A stretch of DNA of 64,000 nt. Origin: Podarcis gaigeae (Eukaryota). The notes under the pieces were generated by a model. That model worked only from the letters and a program-made list of their open reading frames with translations. It was not told the DNA's origin and did no database searches. Positions 60,231 through 64,000 of the stretch are shown here, one piece after another. A program made the translations under genes and the position numbers. Location: assembly GCA_964106915.2 (NCBI GenBank), contig OZ066927.1, one strand, 5' to 3'. Position 1 is the stretch's first letter. Each line of letters opens with the position of its first letter.

Positions 60231-61788
60231 TTAGTGTTGCCACAGATCCAATTTAGGTTTAAACATGACCAACTGAAAGGTAAGACCAACAATACAGTGA
60301 AACATGTGCAGTAATATACTTAGAAAACAATTCTTACAACAAATGTGTCCTGAAAGAGCATTTATCTGATATATCATTTATCTGATATATTCTGATGACA
60401 GGGGCTTGCTAAATGCTGGTAATGATAAAGACTATCACAAGAGACAGGGCATTCTTGGTGGTGGGACTCCAGTGTATGGAACTGTCCCTTCATATGGCAC
60501 TATACCTGTTTTAGGTTCAGTGGTGTTTGATGAGGATCCATTGCTCAGCACTGGCTGTACTCCTCATCCTATCCTTTGGCAATGAATGGGGTGATGATCC
60601 CTTTGTGCCCCCCTATGAAGTCCTCCCAGAAATCTTCTTTCCCACACTCTAGTCCCTGCCTGGGACAGGCTTTCTTCTCTTCTCCTCCTTTCAAGAAATT
60701 TTCTCCTCCCATTTCTCTCTTTGTGCGTGCCTGTCTCCACTCCCCACCCCCCTTTTACTTTTACTTCTATCTTAATGGCAGCTAAATGTGACTTCCTATA
60801 CCTAATACTAACACATTTTCATAAGGACTTAAAAATAGTCACAATGAAAATATTCAATATGCTTTACATTGGAGAGGGTGTCAGGAAATGGGGTCATTCC
60901 AGCATATATGATGGACTTGTGAAGAAGGGTTGTAGTCTTTGCAAGTCTGGACAGCAACTATTGAAATCTTGGGAATGGCCATGTTTGTTTGTTTGTTTTT
61001 CAAAATAACAACAAGGATTGTCATTTCAGGTCTCTAATTGGTTATCTTCTTGCAGCTGCCCAGCTAGTTGTTGCTCAGTATTGGAAGAACTGAGAAGCTG
61101 AATTCAGACCATTCTTGTCACCTTGTAGTTTACACATGCAGCATGAAACAAAAGTCCTAGGAGGGCGATCATCTTGAATTTTTGAAGTCAATAACATATC
61201 CTCCAACACTCAGGTGATCCAAATTGGGACACTATTATTATTATTTTTTTAGTTCTGAGCTCTTTTGGGAGCCAGCTGACTCACATCAGAGTGCGAGACC
61301 AAGAAACAAACACCTTTTGGTCTAGCACTCTGGTGTGAGCCATCTGACACATGCCATAATTCTGGACCAAAAAATGAAACATTCCAGGATCCAATCAGAA
61401 ACCAAGAATGGCTTCTGTAATGTCCTGCTTAAATCAGGATGGTTGAGCAGTATGCAATCAAAGAAAACTTGAAATCAAGGGAGATAAAATTAAAAGGTGA
61501 CACCTGTGAGGTCTTTCCCAATCTCTTCCTTTAGATGAGCCATTGGAGGGACATTTCCTGCCTATGTGTGTTTTGCAGGGCAACTGCAGCTTGGAAAGTA
61601 AACTACCATGGTGAAGCTAAACGATTTTGACAGCTACATTTGATTTTTAAAGACAGAGGAACTTATTTTCAGGCCTTTATCCACACAAACCTCTTCACAG
61701 ACAATGCAAATGAAATTATTCTTCTTTCAGGTGGCTCATGGTATTTCCAGAGCAAAGTCTGGACAACTCATACCCCACCAAGCCAGTT

Positions 61789-62130
61789 AAAAAAGAACCC
61801 CCTGGATGGTTAAGTCCAGTCAAAGGCGGCTATGGGGTGTGGCGCTCATCTCGCTTTCAGGCTGAGGGAGCAGGCGTTTGTCCACAAACAGCTTTCCAGG
61901 TCATGTGGCGCAACGCAACACCGTGATGGAAAGCAGAAAGCATGGAAATGCTGTTTACCTTCCCACGACAGCAGTACCTATTTATCTACTTGCACTGGCA
62001 TGCTTTCAAGCTGCAGAAGCTGGGACAGAGCAACAGGAGCTCACCCAGGTGTGCAGATTCAAACTGCCAACCTTCTGATCAGCAAGCCCAAGAAGCTCAG
62101 TGGTTTAGACCACAGTGCCACCCGCGTCCC
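61789..62130 (-). mobile_element. Sauria SINE (same subfamily as 2192-2912), adjoining a CR1 3' UTR fragment
   Basis: cccctggatggttaagtccagtcaaagg end, typical body, head tggtttagaccacagtgccacccgcgtccc. Confidence 0.93.
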
Positions 62131-64000
62131 TGTTGCTGGAAACTGCAGGAGGGGAGAGTGCCCCTGTCCTTGGGTCATGCTTGCAGGCTGGCCACTGTGA
62201 GAACTAGATGGGCCCATGGCTTGATAGAGCAGGCTCTCCTTATGTTCTTATGTACATCAGCTCCCTGGCAACTTTACAACCCTTCTGCCTTTCCTCCCTC
62301 TCTCATGTATTGAATACTCATATCTTTGGGGGGTTATTATGGACACTACTTGTTTGGGGAAAGGTAATGTCATTATAAACCCAATGGGAAATGGTGATGA
62401 AAGGAAAACAAAACAATTGCTTACTTGAGCTGCATAAAGGCAATTATGTCTGTGAAGGGGGCTCTAGAGACAAATTCAGTCGTCGTCCCCCTCTACTTAC
62501 ACAATACATATGGGGACAGGGAGATACCTTGAGAGCTATCAGTAGCCTCATGAATCAGAGCTCTAAAGAGCAGGAAAAGGGGTCATATAACTCCATTGTA
62601 CTATTAATGGAAAGTTTAGATTAGGGGTCAAGTGAACAGAAATGCCTTTATTCCTGCTTAGCAAAGGGCTTTCAGAAAGGAAATGTTGTACGATGCCTTT
62701 GCTACATATTATTGTCATCATGGAGTTTGGTGGCAGGGACTAAAATCAGGTAGCTGGTCTTGCCGCCTCTGTGAACAGTGAGAAGCTTTTATGAAGAGAA
62801 CATCATAAGCACTGACATCTCAACCACTGATTGCTCATATAGATATGTGTGAGCAGCTAGGCTAGGGAAATTGAGAAGAAAATACAGAAAGGGGGTTAAT
62901 TCCAAAAGTAAACCCTTCCCCCTGTTGTGGGGGTTGCGATCATGGTGGTATCAGGACTCAGCAGAAAAGGCGATCAATAATAAAGGCATCACTTCATCCT
63001 GATGTAGGCTTTCCAATCGCCCAGTGAATGTATGTGTGTGTGTGGGGGGGGGGAATAGCTGCTCTGCTCCTGTTCCTTCTTTGATGAGATGAGATACAGG
63101 ATTCCAAGTCAGAAGGGAAATTACATGCAGGGCCACCCCCCAGAAAGCAGGGGGGTACCAGTTCTCCACTGGCCCAATAATGTCACATTGTCATCTTCTG
63201 ACCAGAGGACTCAATCAGATAACTGCCCTGCTCTGTTGGAGTAAAAGAGGCATAGTCTAAGGCAGGCTACTGCCGAGCAATATCAGAGTCCCCCCCCCCT
63301 CTCATAAGGACAAGACTCCACCTTGGCTGAGTATCCTTGTGAGGATCAGTCACACACAGGACTCACATGTAGGACACACAGAAACAGAGGATAAACATAT
63401 TTTGGTTTTAAGGGAGGGCCGTGCTGCAAAAGTAATAATGTTTGGAATGAAATGTGATTAACTGATGGCTGCGAGTCAAAGTGCTGTGTTACAGAATTGA
63501 TACAAAGTTGGTTCAAAAGACTTCTGGTGGAACTGCAAAAACAAAGTTCAACTTCTGAGTAAAAATGGATATGGCTGTTCTATAGCCTTGCATAGATATG
63601 ACAAATAGTTCAGTTTTATATGTTATATAAATGATGCCCAAGAAGAGAAGTATTGCATATATTTCATTCCACCCCCAATTCCCCCTCCCCTGTAGCTTCA
63701 ACATTTACAGGCATTTTAGATCTACTGAAGAATAAAGCATGTTAGCTTGAATAAAATAAATATGACATAAAGACACCACCTAGTTTTGTCTACAACGAAA
63801 TGTTGAAGTGAATTTGGAGGTTTCTGCTTGGGAATTTCAGGGAATTTTGGGGATGCAATGAAGAAGAAGAAAAAGTTTCAATATGCCAAGTGAAATTCAT
63901 CAAGAGGGTTCAGTGCATTAGTCATGCAGGCTATTAGTTGTATCAGTTGCCTTTCACCAACAGTACAGGTATCCTCTTGGAAAGCCCAAGGCGGGTGAAG

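Noticed and set aside
63720-63790. ctgaagaa-containing stretch as a further hammerhead/Penelope end (similar hint at about 3540-3580)
   Set aside because: Stem II and the GAAA core cannot be reconstructed; too degenerate to support.

Overview
This is vertebrate non-coding DNA from a squamate reptile, probably a lacertid lizard (inferred from eight Sauria SINE copies with (ACCTTT)n tails and the accompanying repeat families). I recognise no host protein-coding exon, rRNA or functional tRNA. The only recognisable peptides are decayed CR1, L2 and L1 reverse-transcriptase fragments. The window is a mosaic of transposon debris: Sauria, CORE-type and other tRNA-derived SINEs, CR1/L2/L1 LINE pieces, hAT, Tc1/mariner(Tigger)-like and Harbinger-like MITEs, solo LTRs and microsatellites. 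Several insertions are nested and keep readable target-site duplications (TSDs). Between them lie about 10 repeat-free, homeodomain-motif-rich blocks that look like conserved non-coding enhancers of a gene desert or large intron; their conservation cannot be verified without alignment. The most striking structure is a perfect 123-bp-arm palindrome (51377-51624) inside a (TA)n microsatellite. It appears to be a very young inverted Penelope-like insertion, with a minimal hammerhead-ribozyme motif on each strand. Family names come from sequence recognition, not a database search.
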